A stretch of DNA of 64,000 nucleotides from NCBI GenBank assembly GCA_050250855.1, contig JBFWNW010000001.1, positions 192,001-256,000 of the forward strand, read 5' to 3'. Made by a program: the position numbers and the translations under genes. Of the stretch, positions 19,076-29,074 are shown one piece after another (within the stretch, counting starts at the first letter, position 1; each line of letters opens with the position of its first letter). Origin of the DNA: Candidatus Babeliales bacterium (lineage in GTDB: Bacteria > Babelota > Babeliae > Babelales > JACPOV01). The notes under the pieces are model-generated. The model was not told the DNA's origin. It did no database searches and saw only the letters and a list, made by a program, of their open reading frames with translations.

Positions 19076-20539
19076 TTATAAATTTTTTAAAAATTTTTGT
19101 GCATTATCAAGGTGTTTTTGAATAGTTTTAGGATCCATTTTCTTGAGTGTAGTATAGACAATGCGCATACGTGGTATTCGTTCAAGTTGTTTTTTATTGA
19201 TAACTAAAAAATGCCAATATAAAGAATCCCAAATAGCATTCCAGTTATTTTTTTTATAATTGCTCATGCGGCAAATATAGTTAGAGCCAGAAATATAAGG
19301 TTTTGTAGTCATGAGGCCGCCATCAGCATATTGACTCATGCCGTATACATTGGGAACCATTACCCAATCATAAGCATCAATAAAAAATTCCATAAACCAG
19401 GTGTAAACAGTTGTAGGATTAAAACCACATAAAAGCATAAAGTTTCCCAAAATCATGAGTCGTTCAATATGATGAGCATAAGAGGCATCTAGTATTTTTT
19501 TTATGGTGGTATCGATAGGCTCAATTCCTGTTGTTGCGTCCCAAAAAGATTGCGGAAGCTTTTTTTTATGAGAAAAAAAATTTTCTTTTCTTTGATTTTT
19601 TTCTTCAAAAATATAAACAGCACGTACAAATTCTCGCCAGCCTATAATTTGTCTGATAAAGCCTTCAAGAGAATTAAGAGGGGTTTTATGTTTTTTTGCA
19701 TACGCAATGGTCTGTTCGACTACGTAATCTGGTGTCAGGAGGCCATTATTAAGGAGCGGAGAAAGAAGAGAGTGAAATAAAAAATTTTGATCTGCTAGTA
19801 TGGCATCTTCATAGGTTCCAAAATCTTTAAAACGTTTTTTAAAAAAGTCTTGTAACCAGGTATAGGCATCAGCATGAATAATTGGGTAAAAAAAATCTTT
19901 TTCAGATCCTGGGTTTTTTGCAAAATGTTTTTTGACGTACTGTTTTGCTTCTTGTACAAACTTATTTTCTTTTGGTTTCCAAAGAGATGGTATTGTTATA
20001 GTGTTTGAAAGAGGTTCCCTGTTTTGATCGTCATAACTCCAGTTGCCGCCAACAGGCTTATTTGTATTGGTGAGCAATAATTTCATGCGTTTTCTTTGTT
20101 TTACATAAAAAGAATGCATAAAATATTTTTTTTGTTTAAATGTTTTTTTAAGCCAATCTACAGGAGATAAAAACGCTGGAGATTCATGCCGTACAATATT
20201 TTTAGTAATTTTTTTCGATGCTTTTAAAAATTCTTTTTCAAACGGAATATCAACGAGATCTATATAGTGAAGTTCGTTGATTTTTTCCTTTTTGAGCCTA
20301 ATAAAAAGGTTTTCATATTCATGGTAGGAAATATATATAACGCTATACTTTTTTTTCTCCAGCATTGTTTGATAGGCCTTCATAGAAGCGCGATGTAATA
20401 TGAGCTTTTTTTTGTGAAATGAAAGATCAGTAAAATAGCGGGGCGCCTCAACAAGAAAAACAAATGATGCTTTATCTAATGCAGGATTATTTTCAAAAAG
20501 CTGATGGGGAAAAATAATTGCAGCGCAAGAGCTGGTCAT
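19076..20539 (-). CDS. bacterial (6-4) photolyase / CryB-PhrB family, lacking Fe-S cysteines
   Basis: IFPHQL, HKKKL..H..SM, GGNWSYD..NR, EGFIRQIIGWREF, YAHHIERLM, DAYDWVMVPNV, TKPY; start at ATG 20539. Confidence 0.9.
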   Translation of the reverse strand: MTSSCAAIIFPHQLFENNPALDKASFVFLVEAPRYFTDLSFHKKKLILHRASMKAYQTMLEKKKYSVIYISYHEYENLFIRLKKEKINELHYIDLVDIPFEKEFLKASKKITKNIVRHESPAFLSPVDWLKKTFKQKKYFMHSFYVKQRKRMKLLLTNTNKPVGGNWSYDDQNREPLSNTITIPSLWKPKENKFVQEAKQYVKKHFAKNPGSEKDFFYPIIHADAYTWLQDFFKKRFKDFGTYEDAILADQNFLFHSLLSPLLNNGLLTPDYVVEQTIAYAKKHKTPLNSLEGFIRQIIGWREFVRAVYIFEEKNQRKENFFSHKKKLPQSFWDATTGIEPIDTTIKKILDASYAHHIERLMILGNFMLLCGFNPTTVYTWFMEFFIDAYDWVMVPNVYGMSQYADGGLMTTKPYISGSNYICRMSNYKKNNWNAIWDSLYWHFLVINKKQLERIPRMRIVYTTLKKMDPKTIQKHLDNAQKFLKNL

Positions 20540-20540
20540 A

Positions 20541-21920
20541 TTAGGCCTTTCTATACATTTTTTTTGCCAAGGCAGCTTCTTGAGAATGATCAAGTATGGG
20601 GCGAGGATAATTTTTAATAGATGGGCTTGTTTTTTTAAACCATGTATGAATAAGAGAAGGCTTTACCTTTTTTAATTCTGGAATCCATGTTTTTATATAG
20701 GTACAATCAGGGTCGAATTTTTTTTGCTGGAGCCATGGATTAAAAATGCGAAAATAAGGTTGCGCATCACACCCTGTTGAAGCGCACCATTGCCAATTAC
20801 CATTGTTTACTGCTGGATCATAATCTTCTAATTGTTGTGCGAAATATTTTTCTCCCCATAACCAATTAATATGAAGATCTTTTGTTAAAAATGATGCAAC
20901 AATCATGCGTACTCTATTATGCATAAATCCTGTTTCATTTAATTGTCGCATGCCTGCATCAACAATAGGAAATCCTGTTTTTCCTTGGCACCATGATTCA
21001 AAGTTCTTATATGATTTGTTCCAAGAAAGATTGGTATAGCGTTCTTGGAAAGGTTGGCCAAAGACAAATGGTGAATTATATGCTACATGCGTAAAAAAAT
21101 CACGCCAAAAGAGTTGCTGAATAAGCAGATGATTTTTTCCTAACTGTTTTTGAATTGCATGATAAACTTCGCGAATGGAAAGAGTACCAAATTTATTATG
21201 CGCAGAAAGGAGTGTTGTTGCTATTGAGGGAGCATTGCGTATTTTTGCATAATCTTTAAATTTTTTTAGCGATTTAATAATGCTTAACCCATGCATTCTG
21301 CCGCCAGGTATATTAAGAGAAGAATTTTTCTTTTTAAGAATTTTTTTATAAAGATCTGTGCCAGCAGATTCTTTTATAGATTTATTAAAAAAATTACCAG
21401 ATGAGCATTTGATCGGCGTAGCTATTTTTTTTAATGAAGCTTTTTTAAAAAAAGGTGTAAATTTTGCATAAGGTGTACCACCCTGGGTCATGACTTCTTC
21501 TGGTTGCGTTAAAAGAAGGTCTTGCGATTGTATAAATTCGATCTCATGGTGTAAGCATATTTTTTTGATAGCTTCATCACGCTTTATACTAAATGGGGTG
21601 TAATCCCGATTACAAAAAACAGCATCAATAGAATATTTCTTGATCAATTTCTCTAAAACTTTTTCTGCTATTCCTTCAAAAAGATATAAAGATCCTTTTC
21701 TTTGCTTGAGTTGTTGTTCTAAATCTTGCAACGATTCAATCATAAACTGGATAGCATTGGTACTACGATATTCGTTAGCAGATCCAATTTGGCGGGGGTC
21801 GAAGATAAAACAAGGGATCACTTGTTTGGAAGACCGGAGTGCTTCGAGTAATCCTGTATTATCATCAACTCTTAGGTCACGCCTGAATATAAAAAGGGAT
21901 AGTTGATAAGATTCGTTCAT
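20541..21920 (-). CDS. phr: CPD DNA photolyase
   Basis: FRRDLRVDDN, WRDFF, GKTGFPIVDAGMRQL..TGFMHNRVRM, NNGNWQW, PYFRIFNP. Confidence 0.93.
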   Translation of the reverse strand: MNESYQLSLFIFRRDLRVDDNTGLLEALRSSKQVIPCFIFDPRQIGSANEYRSTNAIQFMIESLQDLEQQLKQRKGSLYLFEGIAEKVLEKLIKKYSIDAVFCNRDYTPFSIKRDEAIKKICLHHEIEFIQSQDLLLTQPEEVMTQGGTPYAKFTPFFKKASLKKIATPIKCSSGNFFNKSIKESAGTDLYKKILKKKNSSLNIPGGRMHGLSIIKSLKKFKDYAKIRNAPSIATTLLSAHNKFGTLSIREVYHAIQKQLGKNHLLIQQLFWRDFFTHVAYNSPFVFGQPFQERYTNLSWNKSYKNFESWCQGKTGFPIVDAGMRQLNETGFMHNRVRMIVASFLTKDLHINWLWGEKYFAQQLEDYDPAVNNGNWQWCASTGCDAQPYFRIFNPWLQQKKFDPDCTYIKTWIPELKKVKPSLIHTWFKKTSPSIKNYPRPILDHSQEAALAKKMYRKA

Positions 21921-21938
21921 AATAGTTATCGCTAGTTT

Positions 21939-22295
21939 TTATAAAAGATTTTTTAGTTTGATCAGTTGTTTTTGAAGTAATTTTATTTGGTTGATCAAAT
22001 CTTGATCAAGAGAGTTTTTTTGAGAGGCATCTTCTTTTTTTTGAGTTGGTAGCATGAGTGCAGTTTTTTTTGTATGCTGTGTTAAAACTTTTTTTGCACC
22101 GGCAATAGTAAAGCCCTTTTCATAAAGTAGTTCTTTAATAAGTTTAAATTGATTATAATCTTCTTGTTGGTAAAATCGTTGCCCACCAGAAGTGCGAGAG
22201 GGGCTTATGTTGAATTCTTTTTCCCAGAAGCGAATGACAAAGCGTTTAACGCCAAGCTCTTGCGCAAGTTTTCCTATTCTGAACTGTTCTTTCAT
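21939..22295 (-). CDS. MerR-family HTH regulator (short type)
   Basis: FRIGKLAQELGV...IRFWEKEF..P.RT.GGQR.Y; LLYEKGFTIAGA. Confidence 0.9.
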   Translation of the reverse strand: MKEQFRIGKLAQELGVKRFVIRFWEKEFNISPSRTSGGQRFYQQEDYNQFKLIKELLYEKGFTIAGAKKVLTQHTKKTALMLPTQKKEDASQKNSLDQDLINQIKLLQKQLIKLKNLL

Positions 22296-22467
22296 ACACT
22301 ATCCTTTTTTAAAAAATATCAGGTATACTTTTTTAGTTATAGCCTAACTTTTTTTTAATGTAAATTAGGGTACCCAGAGGTTTTGTGCTGGATCAAGAAG
22401 CTTTTATATGGTAAGCTAAAATCTCTTTCTTATTAATAATCTTTTATCTAATAAAGGTATACAAGCT

Positions 22468-24033
22468 ATGAACCGCAAAGATCTGTTAGTACTTCTTTCT
22501 CTTTCTTTATTAATAACCTGGGGTATGCAATTCTATTTTTCTCGTTATGAAGTTGTATCTGAAGAAGTGCAGTCAGGACAGCGTTTTAATGCTCCTCAGC
22601 ATCTACAGGTTCATAGACCTTTAAATGTTGAAGTTGATTTTATTGATGATAAGCCAGCAACAAAACATGAGATAACGGCAATTGATACAGATTTGGCTCA
22701 TTATGAATTTACCACTGATGGTGCTGCTGTTTCTCGTGTTCAATTTAAGCGTAAATGGTCAGACAATTCGTTTGAAACAATTTTTCCAGCAACGCAATAT
22801 GACAGAGAAAAAAGCGCCTTTTTAGTAGCATTTGATCAGGAAACTCCTTTTTATTATCAATTAGAAGGGGTTAAAGATTTGGGGGATACATATCAAGTTG
22901 CATACAAAGCTCCATTTAATGGTGGTGTAATAAGAAAAATATTTACAGTATTTAAAGAATCATATCGTTTTGATTTAGCTCTTTCACTAGAATTTAATAC
23001 CGGTTCTCGTACCATAAGACCACGTGTATTTATCCCATCTCCTATTTTGGCAGAGTTGCGTGAAGATAAGGCAGAAGGCAAAAAGAGTACCGATCTTATT
23101 TCTGGGATAGTTAATGATGGCTTGAGCAAGGTGCAAATAGTTCCTAAAAATGATCAAGCTATAGAATCTTATTGGGCTAACCCTAGTTTGTTTGGATCCC
23201 AAGATCGTTATTTTGTCCATGCTTTTGTTCATGACCAACATAATTTTGCACAACGTGGTTTTTACAAAGCAGTTGATTTTGAAAGCATGTATGCAATTAT
23301 AGAAGGTCCTGAAGTAGAAAAAAATAGTACCTGGAACCTTTCTTTTTATGTTGGGCCAAAAGAAGATGATGCGATGACAGCGGTTGATTCTCGTTTGGAT
23401 CAAACACTTAACTATGGCTGGTTATCATTTATTTCAAAACCCCTTTCAAGAATAGTGTTAGAGGTTTTAAACTTTTTATATAACTATGTTCATAATTATG
23501 GCTTAGCAATTATTTTGCTTACTATTCTCATCAAGCTTCTTATGTTTCCGTTCACCTATAAATCAGAAGGTGGCATGAAAAAGCAGGTTGAATATGAAAA
23601 GAAAATGGAATATATAAAGAATCGTTATAAAAATGATCCTGAAGCGCTTAATCGTGCACGTGCAGAATATATAGAAAAGCATGGTCTTCCTGGTATGGGA
23701 GGTGTTCTATCGGGCTTTTTACAGTTACCAATTTTTTGGGCTTTGAGTACTACGCTATCTAATGCTATTGAATTATATCGAGCGCCTTTTTTATGGATTC
23801 CAGATTTATCAGCACGAGATCCGTATTACATTTTTCCTTTAATAATGGTTATTGGTGTTATTTTTTATAACCCTACCTCGGATCCTAGTAAACGCATTAC
23901 TTCACTTATTTTAGCGGTTATTTTTGCTGCGTTCATATCGAACTTTGCAGCAGGAATTACTTTGTATTTTGCAGTAAATACATTATTAGGAATAGTGCAG
24001 TCATTTGTAGTAAAGAAGTTTAAGTTGGTTTAA
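22468..24033 (+). CDS. yidC: membrane protein insertase YidC
   Basis: N-terminal TM, periplasmic domain, YVGPK, NYGLAIILLT, LQLPIF, FLWIPDLS.RDPY. Confidence 0.93.
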   Translation: MNRKDLLVLLSLSLLITWGMQFYFSRYEVVSEEVQSGQRFNAPQHLQVHRPLNVEVDFIDDKPATKHEITAIDTDLAHYEFTTDGAAVSRVQFKRKWSDNSFETIFPATQYDREKSAFLVAFDQETPFYYQLEGVKDLGDTYQVAYKAPFNGGVIRKIFTVFKESYRFDLALSLEFNTGSRTIRPRVFIPSPILAELREDKAEGKKSTDLISGIVNDGLSKVQIVPKNDQAIESYWANPSLFGSQDRYFVHAFVHDQHNFAQRGFYKAVDFESMYAIIEGPEVEKNSTWNLSFYVGPKEDDAMTAVDSRLDQTLNYGWLSFISKPLSRIVLEVLNFLYNYVHNYGLAIILLTILIKLLMFPFTYKSEGGMKKQVEYEKKMEYIKNRYKNDPEALNRARAEYIEKHGLPGMGGVLSGFLQLPIFWALSTTLSNAIELYRAPFLWIPDLSARDPYYIFPLIMVIGVIFYNPTSDPSKRITSLILAVIFAAFISNFAAGITLYFAVNTLLGIVQSFVVKKFKLV

Positions 24034-24035
24034 GT

Positions 24036-24635
24036 ATGATAGAGCAGAGTCAAGTTTTTAAGCAATTACTCAAGCATTTGCAGCAAGTTCCTTATCTTGC
24101 TTCAAAAAATTTATATCGCGTGGTACAGCATTTTTTGTCATTAGAACAGTCAAAAGTAGAACAGTTTTGTCAGGCTCTTTTGCAAGCAAAACAATCGATT
24201 GTTAAATGTTCTCGTTGTTGTACCTGGCAAGAAAAAGATCAGCCTTGTGTATTTTGTGATTCACCAAAACGTGATCTTTCTACCATTTGTGTGGTAGAAA
24301 CATGGCAAGAACTTATTGCATTAGAAAAGACGGGTGGTTACCAAGGTCTTTATCATGTGCTTGGGGGAGCATTATGTCCTTTGGAGGGTATAGGTCCGGA
24401 ACAGTTGACCATTGATAGCTTAATAAAAAGAGTGCAGGATCCGGTAAAAGAAATTATTTTGGCAACGAATCAAACGCCAGAAGGTGAAGCAACGGCATCC
24501 TATATTGCTCAAAAACTAAAGCAATCAAAGCTAGTTGTTTCATGCCTTGCTCGTGGGATTCCGGTAGGATCTTCGCTAGAGTTTATGGACCGTGTTACTG
24601 TATACAAAGCTCTTTCTGAACGCAGGCCTTTTTAA
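24036..24635 (+). CDS. recR: recombination mediator RecR
   Basis: CSRC..CVFC zinc finger, ICVVE, YHVLGG, EGEATA, ARGIPVG. Confidence 0.95.
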   Translation: MIEQSQVFKQLLKHLQQVPYLASKNLYRVVQHFLSLEQSKVEQFCQALLQAKQSIVKCSRCCTWQEKDQPCVFCDSPKRDLSTICVVETWQELIALEKTGGYQGLYHVLGGALCPLEGIGPEQLTIDSLIKRVQDPVKEIILATNQTPEGEATASYIAQKLKQSKLVVSCLARGIPVGSSLEFMDRVTVYKALSERRPF

Positions 24636-24641
24636 TTGCCG

Positions 24642-24932
24642 TTAATTTGAAGGGAAGTCCCATGCTTCAGCTTTGCCTTCATCGTTATAGAGCTGGCAAG
24701 AACCACATTGCTCAACGCACTCACGAGATGCAAAGCGGCCTTGTTTGCAACATTCACGACAGTTTACTGTTGGCTTATTTTGTACTTGGCGTGTTTTTCT
24801 TCCATATTGATATGTACATTTTCCGCCAGGGCATGATTCATAAGATTGACCATCCACTTCTTCAGCTAGTGAACGCAAGGCAAAAACAAATAATATGAGG
24901 GCTATAAAGCCTAAAACGGTATCTTTTTTCAT
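24642..24932 (-). CDS. small secreted cysteine-rich protein
   Basis: AGGAG RBS, signal peptide, 8 Cys in the mature part. Confidence 0.7.
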   Translation of the reverse strand: MKKDTVLGFIALILFVFALRSLAEEVDGQSYESCPGGKCTYQYGRKTRQVQNKPTVNCRECCKQGRFASRECVEQCGSCQLYNDEGKAEAWDFPSN

Positions 24933-25112
24933 GATATAGTTCTCCTTTAACTTTCTTTAAATATTACACCAATAGAATACTAAATTATTTTATAAATTTG
25001 CAATAGTTTCAAATAATAAATATTGAGATGGGATATATTGGAAAAAAAATATGAATCGGTACACTGATACTCAAGAATAATTAATTGTAAAACCAAGAAC
25101 TATGAGAAAACA

Positions 25113-26420
25113 ATGCCATATCAAGAACCTTTTGAATCATCGATGTTTCAAGATCGTAGAAATCTTTTAATACAACGCATTAAAGAAAAGTATCCCGATA
25201 AAACAGCGGGAATTGTTTTATTGTTAGGGAATTTTGAGCGTGAAGGCGCTGTTTTTAAACAAGATCCATCATTTTATTATCTTACCGGGATTCAAGAGCC
25301 TGCGTGCGCCCTAGTTATTGATCTTGCAACAGAGAGCGTAACCTTATTTGTCCCAAATTTTGGTAAAGAACGAGAAAAGTGGATGGCAGATGCGATTATG
25401 CTTGATAAAGGTTTTGAGGTAAAATATGGTGTTGATGCAATTAAATATTTGGGACAACCTTGCGTAGGATATCAATGTTATCCATTTTTTAGCAAGCAAG
25501 AATACGCAGATCTTTTAGCTTTTTTAGAAGGTGTAATTAAAGCAGGAAACCCTATTTTTACGCTTAATCCTGAAAATGCTCGTGAATACATAGAACAACG
25601 TTATGTATTGCAACGTATTGCTGATATGGTGCCAGATTTTAAAAAATCATTAATAGATGTTTCTTATTTGGTACATGAGCTGCGACGTACTAAAAATACA
25701 CGAGAAATTGAGCTTCTTTACAAAGCAATAGATATTACTATAGATGCGCAATACGTGCTTGCTCCTGAAGTTCGTCCAGGAATTATTGAGTATGAATTGG
25801 AAGGTTTGATCAATTATATATTCATTGGAAAGGGTGGTGTAGTTGCTTTTCCTAGTATTGTAGCAAGTGGTAAGAATAGTACCATTTTGCACTACCATCA
25901 TAATAATAAAACATTACAAGACGGTGAACTTTTAGTGGTAGATATTGGTGCAGAATATAATGGTTACTGTGCAGATATTACTAGAACATATCCTGTTTCA
26001 GGTACGTTTACACCGCGTCAGCGTGAAATTTATATGATGGTTCTTGATACGCAGGAATATATTGCAAATTTAGCAAAACCTGGCTATTGGCTTTCTAATA
26101 AAGAGCAGCCAGATAAATCATTATATCATTTGGCAGTTGCTTATTTAGCGCAAAAAGGTTACGACAAATATTTTCTACATGGGATTGGCCATTTTCTTGG
26201 TATTGATGTGCATGATGTTGGTGATTATAAAAAACCTTTGGAGCCTGGCGATGTTATTACTATTGAGCCTGGTATTTATATCAAAGAAGAAGAGTTAGGT
26301 GTGCGTATAGAAGATGATTACTGGGTTATTGAAGATGGTGTTGTTTGTATGAGCGAACAGTTACCAAAACATCCTGATGATATTGAGCAGATGATGAAGG
26401 CTCAGCATAATGAAAATTAG
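25113..26420 (+). CDS. pepP: Xaa-Pro aminopeptidase (aminopeptidase P)
   Basis: FYYLTG, LHY, DIGAE..GYCADITRT, HGIGHFLGIDVHD, EPGIY, GVRIEDD. Confidence 0.92.
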   Translation: MPYQEPFESSMFQDRRNLLIQRIKEKYPDKTAGIVLLLGNFEREGAVFKQDPSFYYLTGIQEPACALVIDLATESVTLFVPNFGKEREKWMADAIMLDKGFEVKYGVDAIKYLGQPCVGYQCYPFFSKQEYADLLAFLEGVIKAGNPIFTLNPENAREYIEQRYVLQRIADMVPDFKKSLIDVSYLVHELRRTKNTREIELLYKAIDITIDAQYVLAPEVRPGIIEYELEGLINYIFIGKGGVVAFPSIVASGKNSTILHYHHNNKTLQDGELLVVDIGAEYNGYCADITRTYPVSGTFTPRQREIYMMVLDTQEYIANLAKPGYWLSNKEQPDKSLYHLAVAYLAQKGYDKYFLHGIGHFLGIDVHDVGDYKKPLEPGDVITIEPGIYIKEEELGVRIEDDYWVIEDGVVCMSEQLPKHPDDIEQMMKAQHNEN

Positions 26421-26772
26421 CTTTATACTATTTTTAGGATTATTTACGAGCGTTCTGACTGCTTGGGATGAGAAGTTGCGTGAACAAGAGTATAAAGAGC
26501 TAGAAGAGATGTTTTGTACAGTTGATTACAAAGAATTTGTTAGAATTTTTAATACGAAGACATGGTTTTTTACAAAAGAGGATAAAGATATTCTCATAAA
26601 AAGCCTATCCTTATTTTGTGAGAACTACATTAAAGACTTGCAGACGGTATTCTCACATGAAGAAGATTATCAAGAAGATTTAAATAAAATAGACTATTTT
26701 CAAACCAATCTTGAAGATTTTTTTGAAAGTTTAATTAGCAATCAAGACGAGCCTTATGATGATCCGGATTAA
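26410..26772 (+). CDS. acidic secreted hypothetical protein
   Basis: Signal peptide MKISFILFLGLFTSVLTA; overlaps pepP stop. Confidence 0.6.
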   Translation: MKISFILFLGLFTSVLTAWDEKLREQEYKELEEMFCTVDYKEFVRIFNTKTWFFTKEDKDILIKSLSLFCENYIKDLQTVFSHEEDYQEDLNKIDYFQTNLEDFFESLISNQDEPYDDPD

Positions 26773-26785
26773 TATTACTTCTTTT

Positions 26786-28366
26786 CTATGTTTTTTTATT
26801 TAAAAATAATAATCCTAGTGTAGTAGTAGCAATACCGCTTAATATGCATCCGAGTGCCAGCAATAATGATGATTGCTGGATGAAGAGTCCTGCCAAAAGA
26901 TATGCAAGAATAGTGCCGCATACGCCGGGAAGAGCATATGGTAATTGTGTCCATGCATGATCATCTAGATATGCTCCTGCGCTGGTGGCAGACATGACGG
27001 TAGTTGTTCCAATTGGTGAAATATGATCACCGGCTACAGCTCCAGAAAAAATACTACCAAGTATTGGCAGTAGTAATGGAACTGAGCTAAGAGCTGTTGG
27101 TTGACTAAGACCAAAGAATGTAGCAGTCATGGGAACAGCAAGAGGAACCATAACAGCAATAGTACCCCATGAGGAACCAGTTGCAATAGCCGTTAAAAGT
27201 GATGTTACAAAAAACATAGCAGGCAAAAGCCATGCTGGTAATGCACCAATTAAAAGATGTGCTAAATATTGGCCCGTTTGTAAATCATTTTTAAGGATGC
27301 TGCTAAAAGTCCATGCAAAAAATAAAATTTGTATGGAACCAACCATAAGGTCTAAGCCTTCTTGTGTGATTGGTTTTAAATCTTTTAAAACTATTTTTTT
27401 ACGGAGCATCATAAGAAGCATGCTTGCGATAAATGCTAATACGCTACCAACAAAGAATGCGTAGAAAATATCAGCTTTTTTAAGTGTTTCAAAAAAGCTA
27501 TTAGTTCCACCAAAAAGTGTTGAGTTGCCAGAATATAAGAAGGCAAAAAATGAACCGATAACAAGACTTGCAAGAGGGAAGATAAAATCAAGTAATGCTC
27601 CCTTGCCAGTAAGTTCTTTCGTTGTTGTTTTTAATGGAGTTTTTCCACCAAAAAGATTACCTGTTTCCTGCGCTATTTTTTCATGTTGAGCCATGAGGCC
27701 AAATGAAATGTGATGCTTTACAATGAACCATACACTAAACAAAGTAATAAACGAATAAAATATAAAGGGAATAATATGCAGATAAGCAACGAAAGGGTCT
27801 GCTATAAACAAAGGACTATCGTGCATATTTGTTGAAATTCCCGATTTATCCAGCTGCATTAAAAGCATTGCTATCCATGTTGAAATAGGCATTATAATAA
27901 CAAGAGGTGCTGCAAGTGAATCGATTAAAAATGCAAGTTTTGCGCGAGGTATTTTATAGCCATCAGTAAGAGGTCTCATAATGCAACCGACAGTCAGGCA
28001 GCTAAAAAAATCATCAAACATAAAGAGTATTGAAAGTATGATTGATGAAAACTTTGCAGAACGTGCATTTTTTAAAATATTTTTAATAATGTCACCATAG
28101 GCAGCTGTTCCACCAGCAGAACTCATAAGACTGATGAGCATGCCGAGTACAATAAGAAAAGCAAAGGTGTAAAGATTTGAAGCATCATAAAGTTGTTCCC
28201 AAAAATTTTTTGCCAAAAAGGTTACCGTGTTTATAACATTAAAGTTCTTTACAATAAGGGCAGATGAGACGATACCCAAAAAGAGTGATGGCAGTACGCG
28301 GTGCGTAATAATGGCGCATATAAGTACAAGAACTGGAGGAATAAGAACTGCCCAGGTGTTTAGCAT
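26786..28366 (-). CDS. Na+/H+ antiporter NhaC-family transporter (amino acid transporter-like)
   Basis: Polytopic; FDDFF, KLAFLIDS.AAP, ATGSSWGT, GAVAGDHISPI. Confidence 0.88.
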   Translation of the reverse strand: MLNTWAVLIPPVLVLICAIITHRVLPSLFLGIVSSALIVKNFNVINTVTFLAKNFWEQLYDASNLYTFAFLIVLGMLISLMSSAGGTAAYGDIIKNILKNARSAKFSSIILSILFMFDDFFSCLTVGCIMRPLTDGYKIPRAKLAFLIDSLAAPLVIIMPISTWIAMLLMQLDKSGISTNMHDSPLFIADPFVAYLHIIPFIFYSFITLFSVWFIVKHHISFGLMAQHEKIAQETGNLFGGKTPLKTTTKELTGKGALLDFIFPLASLVIGSFFAFLYSGNSTLFGGTNSFFETLKKADIFYAFFVGSVLAFIASMLLMMLRKKIVLKDLKPITQEGLDLMVGSIQILFFAWTFSSILKNDLQTGQYLAHLLIGALPAWLLPAMFFVTSLLTAIATGSSWGTIAVMVPLAVPMTATFFGLSQPTALSSVPLLLPILGSIFSGAVAGDHISPIGTTTVMSATSAGAYLDDHAWTQLPYALPGVCGTILAYLLAGLFIQQSSLLLALGCILSGIATTTLGLLFLNKKT

Positions 28367-28467
28367 AAAAGCCCTTTTAAATTAAGTTTTTCTTTTATTG
28401 TAGCAAAATAACCCTAGAGACAGAAGTATTTTTGTATTTTTCCTGGCCAAGAAAGCAGGTTGTTTAT

Positions 28468-28496
28468 TTGACCAAGGCATAAAATTGGGCTAATAT
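28468..28496 (+). promoter_or_regulatory. sigma70-like promoter for rplM
   Basis: TTGACC-N17-TAATAT. Confidence 0.55.
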
Positions 28497-28571
28497 AGGG
28501 CTATATTCGTTCGTTTTTAAGATCGTAAAATTTCATAGGTATTTCGTTGACCTTAAACAAGGGCATAAAGA

Positions 28572-28994
28572 ATGGATTTCAATAAAGCTTTTTTTCTTAA
28601 AAAAGAGGATCGCAAACCTCGTTGGATTGTGATCGATGCAAAAGGTAAAATTTTGGGTCGTATGGCTACAAAAATAGCCGACATATTGCGTGGCAAGGAT
28701 AAACCAACCTATACGCCTAATCAAGATGGTGGCGATTATGTGATTGTTATCAATGCTAAAGAGGTTAAGTTTACTGGTGATAAGCTAGAAGGTAAAATCT
28801 ACGACCGTTACACTGGCTGGATGGGTGGCTACAAAACAATTACAGCAGGTAAATTGTTAGAAAAGAACCCTGAACAAGTCGTTGAGCTAGCAGTAAAGCG
28901 CATGTTACCAAAGAGCAAGCTTGGCCGAGCAGTATTCAAAAAGCTTAAGGTTTATCCTACAGCAGAACATCCTCATCGAGCACAAGTTGCGTAA
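28572..28994 (+). CDS. rplM: 50S ribosomal protein L13
   Basis: WIVIDA...LGR.A, LRGKDKP.YTP, GDYVIVINA, KRMLPK. Confidence 0.97.
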   Translation: MDFNKAFFLKKEDRKPRWIVIDAKGKILGRMATKIADILRGKDKPTYTPNQDGGDYVIVINAKEVKFTGDKLEGKIYDRYTGWMGGYKTITAGKLLEKNPEQVVELAVKRMLPKSKLGRAVFKKLKVYPTAEHPHRAQVA

Positions 28995-29019
28995 CTCAAA
29001 TTAAGAGTTCAAAAAATAT

Positions 29020-29049
29020 AAGGCGCGGGAAATTTCCCGTGCCTTTTTT
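29020..29049 (+). terminator. intrinsic terminator after rplM
   Basis: AAGGCGCGGGA-AATT-TCCCGTGCCTT + T-run. Confidence 0.85.
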
Positions 29050-29074
29050 GTTATCTAAATATTCTTTACAAAGC

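Noticed and set aside
21939..22295. MerR as a LitR/CarH photoreceptor
   Set aside because: Only 118 aa, with no cobalamin-binding domain
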